DNA from: an uncultured Micrococcales bacterium | GTDB lineage: Bacteria; Actinomycetota; Actinomycetes; Actinomycetales; Microbacteriaceae | DNA: 64,000 nt | Assembly: GCA_903832875.1 (NCBI GenBank) | Contig: CAILDA010000008.1 | Span: 4,012-68,011, forward strand | Direction of reading: 5' to 3' | In this document: piece after piece, positions 43,058-54,300 of the stretch | Numbering within the stretch: the first letter of the stretch is position 1 | Layout of the letters: each line of letters starts with the position of its first letter | Translations under genes and position numbers: made by a program | Notes under the pieces: model-generated | What the model was told of the DNA's origin: nothing | Seen by the model: the letters and a program-made list of their open reading frames with translations, nothing else | Databases searched by the model: none

Positions 43058-43435
43058 TCAGTTTGTTCCCCAGCGGAGCCCTGACCAGATTTGCCACATT
43101 CTCACCAACATAATGGCAATAGTTAGGCCTGCAACCCCGAGAACTACAGTTGACCAACGGGTTCTATCCACTATTGACCAAGCTACAGCAGCTGGCGGAA
43201 CAATCAAGGCAGTGATGATGTATCCAAAGAATTCGACTGTGTCGCCTTTGGCCTGGTGCCCTGTTGCGACAAGCGCGATCGTTACTGCCAGTTGGACCAG
43301 CAGGAATCCCTCGACTATTGCCACCGCCCCCACGCTCCACCAAGAAGGAACTCGACCCAAAAGACCCAAAACTATGCAATAAATCCCTGCTGCTAGAGCT
43401 AAATACAATTGCGCTTGATAAGTCCACTCAAACAT
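43058..43435 (-). CDS. Conserved actinobacterial integral membrane protein
   Basis: About 4 TMs, EFFGYIITAL...WSIVDRTRWST...RMWQIW. Start ATG 43435 overlaps the truB stop. Confidence 0.8.
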   Translation of the reverse strand: MFEWTYQAQLYLALAAGIYCIVLGLLGRVPSWWSVGAVAIVEGFLLVQLAVTIALVATGHQAKGDTVEFFGYIITALIVPPAAVAWSIVDRTRWSTVVLGVAGLTIAIMLVRMWQIWSGLRWGTN

Positions 43436-44318
43436 CAGTACCTTCTTTGCTAAACACAACAAGAGATTTCAGACTATTTGCCCCAGCACACTCAACAACA
43501 GCAACTAGCTCTCCTTCATTTAGTGCTGCAGTAAAACCCTTGACCTGCCCGGTGATTCTCTTTCCATGGCGAAGATCTATTTCATCCTGGGCAGAGATGT
43601 CAATTGTCGGCATTGTCGTTTTTGCAGCGGTAGCTAACTCCAAAATATCTACTTTGGACTCTGGTTCGAATTTGTAGACACCATCGACGTTGAACTCCCC
43701 TACGCGCGTTCTTCTGAGCGCAGTTAGATGTCCACCAACTCCTAGATCATTACCCAGGTCTCTAGCAAGGGCCCTTATGTATGTCCCGCTCGAACAATCT
43801 ACGACGACATCCAGATCGATGTGATTTTGATTGAATCTGATTTCTCTAATGATTTCAAATCTAGAGACAGTAACTTCACGACTTGCTAGTTCTACTTCTT
43901 CGCCGGCTCGAACTCTTGCGTGTGCTCGCTCACCATCAACTTTGATTGCAGAGACAGAAGATGGTCTTTGCTGAATAACTCCGGTGAGAGTTGCAATTGC
44001 CGCTCTGATGTTTTCTTCAGACACTTCTTCTAGTTGGTCTTTGGTAGCAGTAGTGAGAATGTCACCTTCTCGATCATCAGTCACCGTTGCTGACCCAAGT
44101 CTGATTGTTGCTTCGTAGGTTTTATCTTTACCAACAATGAAGGTAAGCAGCTTTGTACCAGATTCAATACCCAGAACTAGTAGACCTGTTGCCATCGGAT
44201 CTAAAGTCCCTGCGTGACCGACTTTTCTAGTACCAAGAAGTTTTCTCACTCGACTAACGACATCGTGACTGGTGATTCCCTCAGGCTTATCAACGAGCAA
44301 CAATCCAGGGGTTACCAA
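43428..44318 (-). CDS. truB: tRNA pseudouridine(55) synthase
   Basis: DKPEGITSHD, GHAGTLDP and CSSGTYIRALARD motifs. Confidence 0.97.
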   Translation of the reverse strand: MVTPGLLLVDKPEGITSHDVVSRVRKLLGTRKVGHAGTLDPMATGLLVLGIESGTKLLTFIVGKDKTYEATIRLGSATVTDDREGDILTTATKDQLEEVSEENIRAAIATLTGVIQQRPSSVSAIKVDGERAHARVRAGEEVELASREVTVSRFEIIREIRFNQNHIDLDVVVDCSSGTYIRALARDLGNDLGVGGHLTALRRTRVGEFNVDGVYKFEPESKVDILELATAAKTTMPTIDISAQDEIDLRHGKRITGQVKGFTAALNEGELVAVVECAGANSLKSLVVFSKEGTDV

Positions 44319-44321
44319 GAA

Positions 44322-44762
44322 TTACTCGTTCTCTTCGTCGATAACTTTAGGTTCTTTGTATGGGTTCTCCCCTGCAGCAAACTCAGCATCCTTAGCAAGC
44401 TTGGCAAGTTCTGCATCCCTTGCTCTTGCCTGTGCTAAAAGATCATTCATGTGCGCTGCTGTTTCTGGAACCTCATCAGAGATGAATTCGATAGTTGGAG
44501 TTAGGCGAATTGAAAGCTGTTTCCCGATTTCACCGCGAATCTTTCCACGGTGTCTTTCGATTACATCATTACTCTTTGTTCTTGCAGCAGCCTCACCAAA
44601 GAAGGTATAGAAGATCTTGGCATGAGACAGATCAGGGGTCACTCTCACATCAGTGATTGTGACAAATCCCAGATCTGGATCTTTAACTACCTTCTCAAGT
44701 GCATCTGCAGTTAGAACTTTGATTCGCTCTGCAAGACGTCTAGCGCGCGCTGCATCAACCAT
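44322..44762 (-). CDS. rbfA: Ribosome-binding factor A
   Basis: KDPDLGFVTITDVRVTPDL...RLTPTIEF; follows infB. Confidence 0.96.
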   Translation of the reverse strand: MVDAARARRLAERIKVLTADALEKVVKDPDLGFVTITDVRVTPDLSHAKIFYTFFGEAAARTKSNDVIERHRGKIRGEIGKQLSIRLTPTIEFISDEVPETAAHMNDLLAQARARDAELAKLAKDAEFAAGENPYKEPKVIDEENE

Positions 44763-47353
44763 TAGACTCTCGGCTTCTCACGCATCTCGTAGGTCTCGAT
44801 GATATCTCCAAGTTCAATCTCATTGAAACCAGCAAGTCCGATACCACACTCAAAGTCTGTCTTGACTTCGTTAGCGTCGTCCTTGAATCGCTTCAATGAT
44901 TCAATCTTTAGGTTCTCTGCAAGCATTGTTCCGCCTCTTGAGATACGAGCCAAAGAGTTTCGCTTGATAGAACCAGAACGAACAATCGAACCAGCAATGG
45001 TGCCGACCTTAGATGACTTGAAGATCTCGCGAACTTCGGCAGAACCAAGTTGAGCTTCTTCGTATTCAGGCTTAAGCATTCCCTTGAGAGATTTCTCTAT
45101 GTCTTCGAGAGCTGCATAAATAACTGAGTAGAAACGAACGTCAACGCCTTCGCGGTCAGCGCGTTCCTTAGCCTTGTTATCTGGCTTCACGTTGAATCCA
45201 ATGATGATCGCGTTATCAACTGTTGCTAGGTTCACATCTGATTCAGTAATTGCACCAACACCACGGTGGATGATACGAAGCTGAACTGAATCATCAATCT
45301 CGATCTTCAACAATGAATCTTCAAGAGCTTCAACAGCACCTGATACGTCACCCTTGATAACCAAGTTGAGCGATTCAACCTTGCCATCTTCAAAGGCCTT
45401 GGTGAAGTCTTCCAGGCTAACGCGCTTACGAGTCTTAGCAAGTAATGCGTTACGGTCAGCAGCTTCACGCTTTTCGGCGATCTGTCTTGCTTGACGTTCA
45501 TCGTCTGTAACAACAAAAGTGTCACCGGCGCGAGGAACAGACTGCAGTCCTAGAACCTGAACAGGTCTTGATGGACCTGCAGATTCAACAGCATCACCGT
45601 TCTCATCGAACATCGCACGAACACGACCGTGAGCAGCACCAGCAACAATCGAATCTCCAACACTTAGAGTTCCGGATTGAATCAACACGGTTGCAACCGA
45701 GCCACGACCCTTATCCAGGTTCGCTTCAATAGCAACACCACGTGCATCACGGTTCGGGTTGGCACGAAGATCAAGAGCAGCATCTGCGGTAAGCAGAACT
45801 GCATCTAGCAATGCTTCGATACCTGTGCCATCAAGCGCAGAAACGTCAACGAACATAACATCGCCACCGTATTCTTCAGCAACCAAGTTGAACTCGGTTA
45901 GCTGTTGACGAATCTTGGCAGGGTTAGCTCCTTCTTTATCAACCTTGTTCACTGCAACAACGATAGGAACACCAGCAGACTGCGCGTGGTTCAATGCTTC
46001 AACTGTTTGTGGCATAACCCCGTCATCGGCAGCGACAACAAGAATTGCAATGTCAGTTACCTGAGCACCACGAGCGCGCATAGCTGTGAAAGCCTCGTGA
46101 CCAGGTGTGTCAATAAATGTAATCGCTCTTTCGATACCTTCGTGTGTGGTGTGAACTTGGTAAGCACCGATGTGCTGAGTAATTCCACCAGCTTCACCTG
46201 CTTGAACATTCGCATTACGAATCTTGTCAAGCAATCTAGTCTTACCGTGATCAACGTGACCCATCACAGTAACAACTGGAGCTCTGTATTCAAGTTCGTC
46301 TTCGTCTTCTTCATACTCAGTTGAAATATCTAAACCGAATGAATCGAAAAGTTCCTTCTCTTCATCTTCAGGAGAAACAACTTCAACCTTGTAACCAAGT
46401 TCAACACCAAGAATCTGGAATGTCTCTTCATCCAACGATGCAGTGGCTGTAGCCATCTGACCTAAGTGGAACAACACGGTAATCAGCTGACCAGCGTTCG
46501 CATCAATCTTGTCTGCGAAATCTTGAATTGAAGATCCTCTGCGTAAACGAATTACTGTCGTACCATCACCGCGTGGAACAACAGCTCCACCTAAGCTAGG
46601 CGCTGAACGTAATTCAAACTCTTCGCGCTTTGTTCTCTTCGACTTACGCGCTTTAGAAGCACCTCGAGATCCACCCTTACCGAACGCACCAGCTGTTCCG
46701 CCGCCGCGACCTCGACCACCAGCACCTGGACGACCACCGGGAGCTCCAAAACCTGGAGCACCACCTGGAGCACCAGCACCAGCTGGACGAGGAGTAAAAC
46801 CACCTGGACGGCCAGGTCCACCAGTACCAGCTGGACGACCTGGTCCACCTGGACGAGACGAAGGACCACCGGCACCAGCTGGACGAGCAGGTCCACCTGG
46901 ACGAGGAGCACCAGTGCGCGGAGCACCTGGGCGACCCATACCTTGATTTGTAGAGAAAGGATTGTTTCCTGGACGAGCCATCGGTCGAGGAATACCCATG
47001 CCCTGAGCTGCAGCAAAAGGATTGTTACCTGGACGAGGAATACCTGCAGCAGGAGCTGCAGCATCGGTCTTATCAGCAGGCTTTTCTTCCGCTGGCTTCT
47101 CTTCGGTCTTAGCTTCTTCAACTGGAGCTTCGGCTTTGGTTGCCTTCGCTTTTGCAGCTGGCTTTTCAACCTTCGGGGCTTCTTCTTTAGGCTTAGCGTT
47201 CGGGTATGCCGCACGAAGCTTGTTTGCCACCGGTGGGGCAATAGTTGACGATCCGCTCTTGACGTATTCGCCTAAATCTTTTAATTTTGCCAGTGCCTCG
47301 GCTGTTTCAATTCCGAGCTCTTTGGCTATGTCGTACACGCGTGGTAGCGCCAC
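44762..47353 (-). CDS. infB: Translation initiation factor IF-2
   Basis: [24 protein letters not shown] and NKVD motifs; Pro/Gly/Arg-rich N-terminal region. Confidence 0.99.
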   Translation of the reverse strand: MALPRVYDIAKELGIETAEALAKLKDLGEYVKSGSSTIAPPVANKLRAAYPNAKPKEEAPKVEKPAAKAKATKAEAPVEEAKTEEKPAEEKPADKTDAAAPAAGIPRPGNNPFAAAQGMGIPRPMARPGNNPFSTNQGMGRPGAPRTGAPRPGGPARPAGAGGPSSRPGGPGRPAGTGGPGRPGGFTPRPAGAGAPGGAPGFGAPGGRPGAGGRGRGGGTAGAFGKGGSRGASKARKSKRTKREEFELRSAPSLGGAVVPRGDGTTVIRLRRGSSIQDFADKIDANAGQLITVLFHLGQMATATASLDEETFQILGVELGYKVEVVSPEDEEKELFDSFGLDISTEYEEDEDELEYRAPVVTVMGHVDHGKTRLLDKIRNANVQAGEAGGITQHIGAYQVHTTHEGIERAITFIDTPGHEAFTAMRARGAQVTDIAILVVAADDGVMPQTVEALNHAQSAGVPIVVAVNKVDKEGANPAKIRQQLTEFNLVAEEYGGDVMFVDVSALDGTGIEALLDAVLLTADAALDLRANPNRDARGVAIEANLDKGRGSVATVLIQSGTLSVGDSIVAGAAHGRVRAMFDENGDAVESAGPSRPVQVLGLQSVPRAGDTFVVTDDERQARQIAEKREAADRNALLAKTRKRVSLEDFTKAFEDGKVESLNLVIKGDVSGAVEALEDSLLKIEIDDSVQLRIIHRGVGAITESDVNLATVDNAIIIGFNVKPDNKAKERADREGVDVRFYSVIYAALEDIEKSLKGMLKPEYEEAQLGSAEVREIFKSSKVGTIAGSIVRSGSIKRNSLARISRGGTMLAENLKIESLKRFKDDANEVKTDFECGIGLAGFNEIELGDIIETYEMREKPRV
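46690..47045 (-). repeat. Low-complexity coding repeat (RPG/GGP, 2x RPGNNPF) inside infB
   Basis: Recurrent acctggacga/accagc units encoding the Pro-Gly-Arg-rich IF2 linker. Confidence 0.7.
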
Positions 47354-47428
47354 TTATTTCTCCTGTCTGGGACCCACCCCAGTCAGGGCAGGCTTTAGTG
47401 CTTTGAGGTTCTCATTTCGAGGTGCTCA

Positions 47429-47698
47429 TTAGTTCTTCAACATCTTTTCGGCCTGTTCTATAAAGTTGGTTAGTTCTATTACTTGCTCGTGATCCATGTT
47501 TGCCTTCAGTGCTCTGCTGAAAGCACTGCGTTCAACAGCGGTTTCTAAGCACTTAGAGCTCAAATGTAGCCAAGAGCCTCGACCTGACAGACTTTTTTGA
47601 GTGTCTATTTTCAAGAAACCTTGAGAATTGACGATTCTTATGAGATCTGCCCGATTGCCACGCTGGCGACAGCCAACGCAAGTTCTAACTTGATACAT
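47429..47698 (-). CDS. ylxR: YlxR (RnpM) family RNA-binding protein
   Basis: RTCVGCR and GRGSWLH motifs; lies between nusA and infB. Confidence 0.9.
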   Translation of the reverse strand: MYQVRTCVGCRQRGNRADLIRIVNSQGFLKIDTQKSLSGRGSWLHLSSKCLETAVERSAFSRALKANMDHEQVIELTNFIEQAEKMLKN

Positions 47699-47757
47699 TC
47701 TAACGCCTAGTCGCTTTAAAAGCAGTAGCCCTTAGATAAACAGGCTAAAGGCTGCTT

Positions 47758-48792
47758 TTATTCTTCATCTCCCATGTCATCTGACATGATGTCAATTTTG
47801 GCACCGGTGAGTTTGCTGGCCAGACGGGAATTCTGCCCTTCCTTACCAATAGCAAGGGAAAGCTGGTATTCAGGCACCAAAACACGAACCTTAGGTCTTT
47901 CGTCCTTAGGCGCGTCCTTCTCATTCACAATAAACGATGCTGAAACCTTAGCTGGTGAGAGCGCTTGAGCCACAAACTTAGCAATGTCATCCGAATAGTC
48001 CACGATATCGATCTTTTCGTCGTTCAATTCGGCAGTTACCGCACGAACTCGCTGACCTAGTTCACCAATACAAGCACCTTTGGCGTTTAAGCCAGGAACT
48101 GAAGTTCTAACTGCAATCTTGGTTCGCTGCCCTGCTTCTCGAGCAACCTGAACAATTTCAACCTGTCCACTGGCAATTTCTGGAACTTCAAGCGCGAAAA
48201 GCTTCCGGATAAGGCTCGGATGGGTTCTAGAAACGTTGATCTGAACCTGACCGCGAACATTCTTATCCACTTTGGTGATGTAAAAACGCATTCTCTTGCC
48301 ATGTGAGTAGTCCTCCCCTGGCACCTGCTCTTCAGGTGGCAAGATGGCTTCAGCTTCGCCAATCTTGACATAAACCATGTATGCGCGAGGACCCTGCTGA
48401 ATTTCACCGGCAACAATGTCTTCCACTTTGGCTTTGAATTCTCCGTAGAGACCTTCATCAGAAAGCCCTCTGATTCGCTGCGCAATAACTTGCTTAGCGG
48501 CAGCAGCTGCAATTCTTCCAAAGTTCTCTGGAGTCTTATCAACCTCAGGCACCTTAGAGCCATCTGGAAGTTCAACGATTAGTTTGTCGAATTCGTCACG
48601 TTCTTCAGTGTCTGGAACAAGAATAACCACTTTGCCAGTCTTCTGATCTAAGACAGCACGAGCAGGATCGCTGTTACCAACACTCTTGTGATAGGCAGCT
48701 TCAACTGCAGCCTCAATGATTTCAACTAGTTCGTTGAATGGGATTTCTCGATCTCGCTCGACAAGTCGAAGAGCACTTAAATCGATGTCCAT
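47758..48792 (-). CDS. nusA: Transcription termination/antitermination factor NusA
   Basis: FGRIAA, VSRTHP, EVPEI, GACIG and [11 protein letters not shown] motifs. Confidence 0.97.
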   Translation of the reverse strand: MDIDLSALRLVERDREIPFNELVEIIEAAVEAAYHKSVGNSDPARAVLDQKTGKVVILVPDTEERDEFDKLIVELPDGSKVPEVDKTPENFGRIAAAAAKQVIAQRIRGLSDEGLYGEFKAKVEDIVAGEIQQGPRAYMVYVKIGEAEAILPPEEQVPGEDYSHGKRMRFYITKVDKNVRGQVQINVSRTHPSLIRKLFALEVPEIASGQVEIVQVAREAGQRTKIAVRTSVPGLNAKGACIGELGQRVRAVTAELNDEKIDIVDYSDDIAKFVAQALSPAKVSASFIVNEKDAPKDERPKVRVLVPEYQLSLAIGKEGQNSRLASKLTGAKIDIMSDDMGDEE

Positions 48793-48840
48793 GAGACGCC
48801 TCCTGGCCGCTAGTAAGTTATGCGAGCGGTGAAGAAAACT

Positions 48841-50595
48841 CTAAACCAGCTCGGTTACTGCCAATTCTACCTTGACTGAGCGTCTCTCGCCAGAGCGTCT
48901 ATCCCAAAGGTCCACTTCACCGTTTTCTAGCCCTCTACCAACAATGACAATTTGCGGGATTCCAAGCAGTTCAGCATCAGAGAACTTCACTCCTGGGCTT
49001 ACCTTTAGACGGTCATCCAGCAACACTGACTTGCCCTTAGCCTGCAGTTCAAGTGCTAGCTTTTCAGCAGTTTCATAGATGACATCATCTTTACCAGCGG
49101 CAACAACATGGATATCAACAGGAGACACTGCTGCTGGCCAGATGAGGCCCTTCTCATCGTTGTTAGCTTCGGCAAGAACAGCAACAATTCTGGTAACACC
49201 GATCCCATAGGAACCCATCGTTACTGTTACAAGCTTTCCATTTTCATCTAAAACTTTGAGATCCAGTGCTTCGGCATACTTCTTACCCAATTGGAATACG
49301 TGACCAATTTCAATGCCGCGTGCTAATTCAAGTGGTCCACTACCATCAGGTGCTGGATCCCCCGCTTGAATATCAGCTAGGTCTGCAATGCCATCGGCAG
49401 TAAAGTCGCGACCTGCTACCAAATTGAAAACGTGCTTATCTTTCTCGTTTGCTCCAGCGACCCAAGTGGTTCCATCAACAACTCTTGGATCTAGCAAATA
49501 GCGAATCTTTGATTCACCCTTTTCACCTAAGAAAGCTTTGCCGTTTTTTACCGGACCAATGAAGCCCTTTAGCAATTCAGGATGTTTAGCAAAATCCTCA
49601 TCATTTGCAGGTTCAACATCGAAACCAGCGAAAACAATTTCAGCACGCTTTGGTTCCATGTCACGATCACCCGGCAGTCCAACCACAACAAGGGAACGTT
49701 TATGCTTCACATCGGTTATTGCTAACACGATGTGTTTCAAAGTTGAACCAGCAGTTATTTCAGGCATGCCAAGAGATGTTTGAGCAAACTCAACAACTGC
49801 TGCAATTGAAGTTGTGTTTGGGGTTTGTTTAACTTCAGCTGCCGCTTTGCCTTCAATTGATAGCGGCGCTGGTGCTGAAATAGTGACGGCCTCAACGTTC
49901 GCTGCATATCCTCCCGCTGAACGAACAAAAGTATCTTCACCAATTGGTGAAGGAGAAAGGAACTCTTCGCTCGCAGAGCCACCCATCGCTCCTGCATCAG
50001 CTTTCACAATGACATACTCAATGCTCAAACGAGTAAAGATTCTCTCGTATGCATCACGCTGAGCGTGATACGAACGAACTAAACCTTCGTTTGTCACATC
50101 AAATGAATAAGCATCTTTCATTACAAACTCGCGGCCACGAAGTAGCCCTGCACGAGGACGTGCCTCATCGCGATACTTGTTCTGGATTTGATAGAGAGTG
50201 AGAGGAAGATCTTTATAACTTGAGTAGAGATCCTTTACTAGAAGAGTGAACATCTCTTCATGAGTGGGAGCGAGCAAGTAATCTGCCTTCTTGCGATCTT
50301 GTAAGCGGAAAAGATTGTCGCCGTACTCAGTCCAACGACCGGTTACCTCAAATGGTTCCCTAGGAAGTAATGCAGGGAAAAAGACTTCTTGAGCCCCAGC
50401 ATTAGCCATCTCTTCGCGAACTATCTGCTCAACCTTCGCTTTTACTGCTAGCCCTAGCGGCAACCAGGTATAAATACCAGGTGCGGCTCTTCTGATGTAT
50501 CCAGCACGAACAAGTAGTTTGTGGCTATCTACTTCAGCCTCAGCTGGGTCTTCTCGAAGAGTGCGCAAAAACAGTTGCGACATGCGAAGCATCAT
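48841..50595 (-). CDS. proS: Prolyl-tRNA synthetase
   Basis: [31 protein letters not shown] and MGSYGIG motifs. Confidence 0.98.
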   Translation of the reverse strand: MMLRMSQLFLRTLREDPAEAEVDSHKLLVRAGYIRRAAPGIYTWLPLGLAVKAKVEQIVREEMANAGAQEVFFPALLPREPFEVTGRWTEYGDNLFRLQDRKKADYLLAPTHEEMFTLLVKDLYSSYKDLPLTLYQIQNKYRDEARPRAGLLRGREFVMKDAYSFDVTNEGLVRSYHAQRDAYERIFTRLSIEYVIVKADAGAMGGSASEEFLSPSPIGEDTFVRSAGGYAANVEAVTISAPAPLSIEGKAAAEVKQTPNTTSIAAVVEFAQTSLGMPEITAGSTLKHIVLAITDVKHKRSLVVVGLPGDRDMEPKRAEIVFAGFDVEPANDEDFAKHPELLKGFIGPVKNGKAFLGEKGESKIRYLLDPRVVDGTTWVAGANEKDKHVFNLVAGRDFTADGIADLADIQAGDPAPDGSGPLELARGIEIGHVFQLGKKYAEALDLKVLDENGKLVTVTMGSYGIGVTRIVAVLAEANNDEKGLIWPAAVSPVDIHVVAAGKDDVIYETAEKLALELQAKGKSVLLDDRLKVSPGVKFSDAELLGIPQIVIVGRGLENGEVDLWDRRSGERRSVKVELAVTELV

Positions 50596-50598
50596 TGG

Positions 50599-51756
50599 TT
50601 AATCTTTCTTAGCTACTACGACTTTAGGAGATCCGACAAGAGCTGGATCCATCTCTGCAGCTAGGCGATTTGCCTCTTCAATCAAAGTCGCAACGATTTC
50701 GCTCTCAGGGACAGTCTTAATAACTTCACCCTTCACAAAAATCTGTCCCTTGCCGTTACCAGAAGCAACACCAAGATCAGCCTCACGCGCTTCACCTGGA
50801 CCGTTAACTACACAACCCATAACAGCAACACGAAGTGGAACAGTCATGTGCTCCAATCCAGCGGTAACATCTTCTGCCAACTTGTAAACATCGACCTGTG
50901 CTCGACCACATGAAGGACAAGAAACAATTTCAAATTTTCTTGGACGTAAGTTTAGAGATTCTAGAATCTTTGAACCAACTTTGATTTCCTCAACAGGTGG
51001 AGCGGAAAGTGAAACTCGAATCGTGTCTCCGATACCTTTACTTAGCAACGCACCAAATGCGACAGCAGATTTGATTGTTCCTTGGAAAGCAGGGCCGGCT
51101 TCAGTTACACCTAGGTGTAAAGGCCAGTCACCACGCTCAGCGAGAAGTTCATATGCACGAACCATGACAACTGGATCATTGTGCTTAACAGAAATCTTGA
51201 AGTCGTGAAAATCATGTTCCTCAAACAAAGAAGCTTCCCAAACAGCAGATTCGACTAGTGCCTCTGCAGTTGGCTTGCCGTACTTTTGCAAAAGTCTTGG
51301 GTCAAGGGATCCAGCATTGACACCAATGCGGATGGATACTCCTGCATCCTTGGCTGCCTTCGCAATTTCACCCACTTTGTCATCGAACTGGCGAATGTTG
51401 CCTGGGTTAACTCGAACAGCACCACAACCAGCATCAATAGCCTGAAAAACATATTTAGGTTGGAAGTGAATGTCGGCAATAACAGGAATCTGAGATTTCT
51501 TGGCAATTATTCGAAGAACGTCAGCATCGTCCTGGCTTGGACATGCAACACGAACAATGTCACAACCAGATGCTGTTAGTTCGGCAATCTGCTGCAGCGT
51601 TCCGTTAATGTCGGTCGTTGGAGTGGTGGTCATCGACTGGACAGAAATAGGAGCGTCGCCACCAACAGCCACATTTCCCACCATAATCTGGCGAGTCTTT
51701 CGTCTAGGTGTTAGCACCGGAGGAGCACTTGGAAGGCCCAGGTTTATTGCTGGCAC
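50599..51756 (-). CDS. ispG: (E)-4-hydroxy-3-methylbut-2-enyl-diphosphate synthase
   Basis: VQSMT, ADIHF, RVNPGNI, CPSCGR and [10 protein letters not shown] motifs. Start probably GTG 51756. Confidence 0.97.
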   Translation of the reverse strand: MPAINLGLPSAPPVLTPRRKTRQIMVGNVAVGGDAPISVQSMTTTPTTDINGTLQQIAELTASGCDIVRVACPSQDDADVLRIIAKKSQIPVIADIHFQPKYVFQAIDAGCGAVRVNPGNIRQFDDKVGEIAKAAKDAGVSIRIGVNAGSLDPRLLQKYGKPTAEALVESAVWEASLFEEHDFHDFKISVKHNDPVVMVRAYELLAERGDWPLHLGVTEAGPAFQGTIKSAVAFGALLSKGIGDTIRVSLSAPPVEEIKVGSKILESLNLRPRKFEIVSCPSCGRAQVDVYKLAEDVTAGLEHMTVPLRVAVMGCVVNGPGEAREADLGVASGNGKGQIFVKGEVIKTVPESEIVATLIEEANRLAAEMDPALVGSPKVVVAKKD

Positions 51757-51837
51757 TTGTAACCACTGCTTTCTGACGCTCATTGGCGTCTGTATTGCTA
51801 CAAGTCTAAACGCCTATCAACCATGAAGCTCTGAAGG

Positions 51838-53091
51838 CTAGAACTGAAGAGGGTTTGCTATGTCTCTAATGACTAGAACCACAGTCAAAGCCAAGAGCAG
51901 AACTGCCACAAAGTAAGCCACCGGCATCATCTGGCCGGTATCGACTGGTCTCTCCCATTTTTTGCCTCTGAGCTTCCAGACTCTGCGCTTAATTGATTCA
52001 TAAACTGCTCCAGCAATGTGACCACCATCTAATGGCACAAGCGGGATCATATTGAACACGAACAGAGCCACGTTCAATGACATGATCATCGCAAGTTCCG
52101 AAAGAACCTTATCTTCGATGCTTAGGTCCTGATTACTTGCCAATTCTCCAGAGAATTGCCCCAGTCCAACGATGGAGATAGCTCCGTCCATGTTTCTTGG
52201 CGAACCGGGTGCAATTTCAGCGAAGGCTGAGATGGCTTGAGCGGGCAGTTGAATAATCAACTGTGCCGTGCCAGTGAGCATCGTGCCCAGTTGTGTCATA
52301 GCTTGTATGGGATTCTGCTGGACCCTTATGGCTTCAAGACGAACTCCCAGGTATGGCTTGTGAACATCACCTATGTTCAACATCACAGGAGTAATACTCA
52401 GAGTCAATGTTTGACCATTTCTCAAAACATCGATGGAAGTAACTTTGTTGACTGAATCTTTAAGAAGTGGCTCAACCTCCGACCAGCTCTTCACTACCTG
52501 TCCGTCGAAACTTGTGATCTTATCCCCCGCTTTTATGCCAGCCATCGCTGAAGGTGATAGTAGACCGATTGCATCGCAATTTGGATTAGCTTCAGTTGGA
52601 ACACAAGAGACAACTTCATTTACTGAAGTACTGCGCTCATAGGAGCCGTAGCCGCAAAACAAAACAAGAGTCAAAACAACTGAGATGAGGAGGTTTGCGA
52701 ATGGACCACCAAACATCACAATTAGTTTTTGCCAAGGTTTTAACCGATAGAAAGATCTAGCATCGTCCTCTGCAGAGAGCGCTACCTCTTCGGTAGGTTG
52801 AGCAAATGAAGTAAGTCTCTGCCATACGTTCTTTCTTTTGCTAAGCACGATCGATGGTGGCACCATGCCAACCATCTGAATATATCCACCTAGTGGAATT
52901 GCTTTGATACCGTATTCGGTCTCTCCTCTTTTGCGAGAGAAAATCGTTGGACCAAAACCAATCATGTACTTGGTTACTTTGACACCAAATTTCTTTGCTG
53001 GCCAAAGGTGTCCAATTTCATGAAGTCCAATGGAAATGACTAAACCCAATAACAGAAACAACCAGCCACTAATTACATAAATGAGATCCAT
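51838..53091 (-). CDS. rseP: Site-2 (M50) zinc metalloprotease RseP/Rip1 with PDZ domain
   Basis: HEIGH, PLGGY, GGPFAN and NMIPLVPLDGG motifs. Confidence 0.93.
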   Translation of the reverse strand: MDLIYVISGWLFLLLGLVISIGLHEIGHLWPAKKFGVKVTKYMIGFGPTIFSRKRGETEYGIKAIPLGGYIQMVGMVPPSIVLSKRKNVWQRLTSFAQPTEEVALSAEDDARSFYRLKPWQKLIVMFGGPFANLLISVVLTLVLFCGYGSYERSTSVNEVVSCVPTEANPNCDAIGLLSPSAMAGIKAGDKITSFDGQVVKSWSEVEPLLKDSVNKVTSIDVLRNGQTLTLSITPVMLNIGDVHKPYLGVRLEAIRVQQNPIQAMTQLGTMLTGTAQLIIQLPAQAISAFAEIAPGSPRNMDGAISIVGLGQFSGELASNQDLSIEDKVLSELAMIMSLNVALFVFNMIPLVPLDGGHIAGAVYESIKRRVWKLRGKKWERPVDTGQMMPVAYFVAVLLLALTVVLVIRDIANPLQF

Positions 53092-53097
53092 GCACCA

Positions 53098-53119
53098 AAC
53101 CTAACTCTGCTATCTGACA
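53098..53119 (-). promoter_or_regulatory. PafBC/RecA-NDp-like promoter, leaderless, upstream of rseP
   Basis: Minus strand TGTCAG-N10-TAGGTT, then 6 nt, then the ATG. Confidence 0.55.
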
Positions 53120-53127
53120 TTTCGCTG

Positions 53128-54219
53128 TCAAAAGTTATTGGCAATCAAGTTATCTGCAACGGAACGAGCCCACTGTTCAGCTTCCAGCACGCTATCCAAT
53201 GTGAGTTGCTTACTTGATTCATGCTTTTGAATAACTTGGTCAATCAAATCAACAATTGCAGTGAAACTTATCTTTCCGTCATGGAAGGCATCAACTGCCT
53301 GTTCGTTTGCAGCGTTATAAACAGCTGGATAGGTTAGACCAGCAGAGCCGACTTGACGAGCAAATTTTACTGCTTTGAAGACTTCTTCATCAAGGGGTTC
53401 AAAGTTCCAGGTGTGTGCTTTAGTGAAATCGACAGCTGGTGAAACATTTTCAATTCGCTCAGGCCAAGTCATACCCAGTGCAATTGGAAGTTTCATATCA
53501 GGTGGTGAGCATTGTGCTAGCACTGATCCGTCAACAAACTGCACCATTGAATGAACAACAGATTGTGGGTGAACGGTAACTTCAATTCGTTCAAATGGAA
53601 TATCAAAAAGTAAGTGCGCTTCGATTAGTTCAAGACCTTTGTTGACCATGGTTGCTGAGTTAGTTGTTACAACTTTTCCCATAGTCCAAGTTGGATGTTT
53701 GAGTGCTTGCTCTGGGGTTACTTCACTTAGTTGCTTGAGCGAGAAACCTCTGAACGGTCCCCCAGATGCAGTGAGAATCAGTTTGGCAACTTCGCTCTTA
53801 GTTCCACCTAATAGACATTGAGCAAGCGCTGAGTGTTCTGAATCGACAGGAACTATCTGACCTGGTTTCGCTAATGAGGTAACTAACGCTCCACCAACAA
53901 TTAGAGACTCTTTGTTAGCTAACGCCAAACGCTTACCTGATCGAAGTGTTGCCAAAGTTGGTGCTAAACCAATCGAACCTGTTATTCCGTTTATAACGAC
54001 ATCGGCATCGATATCTTCAACCAGTTTGGTGGCAGCTGCTGCACCAATTACAGCTTGACTGGAAGGAACATTGAACTTGAGCGCTTGAGCACTTATTAAG
54101 TCTTTATTCGTGTTGGCAGCTAAGCCGACAACCTGAAACTTATCTGGGTTCTGCTCAATAATCTCTAAGGCCTGGGTTCCAATAGAGCCCGTGCTTCCTA
54201 GGATGATTATTCTTCTCAT
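53128..54219 (-). CDS. dxr: 1-deoxy-D-xylulose 5-phosphate reductoisomerase
   Basis: [28 protein letters not shown] and NKGLE motifs. Confidence 0.98.
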   Translation of the reverse strand: MRRIIILGSTGSIGTQALEIIEQNPDKFQVVGLAANTNKDLISAQALKFNVPSSQAVIGAAAATKLVEDIDADVVINGITGSIGLAPTLATLRSGKRLALANKESLIVGGALVTSLAKPGQIVPVDSEHSALAQCLLGGTKSEVAKLILTASGGPFRGFSLKQLSEVTPEQALKHPTWTMGKVVTTNSATMVNKGLELIEAHLLFDIPFERIEVTVHPQSVVHSMVQFVDGSVLAQCSPPDMKLPIALGMTWPERIENVSPAVDFTKAHTWNFEPLDEEVFKAVKFARQVGSAGLTYPAVYNAANEQAVDAFHDGKISFTAIVDLIDQVIQKHESSKQLTLDSVLEAEQWARSVADNLIANNF

Positions 54220-54300
54220 AGTTCCATCTTGCCACCTCTAATGAACCCTTACGAATAAAGGCATTCAGCGATTTAAAAGGACCGTGAGTAGAATAGGCCT

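Noticed and set aside
46690-47045. Repeated acctggacga units that could suggest a CRISPR or tandem array
   Set aside because: Irregular spacing, short units and in-frame coding for the Pro-Gly-Arg region of IF2; no cas genes
46591-47241. 216-aa alternative-frame ORF inside infB
   Set aside because: The Val/Leu/Gln-rich translation is a by-product of the low-complexity IF2 linker and codon bias; no independent start signals
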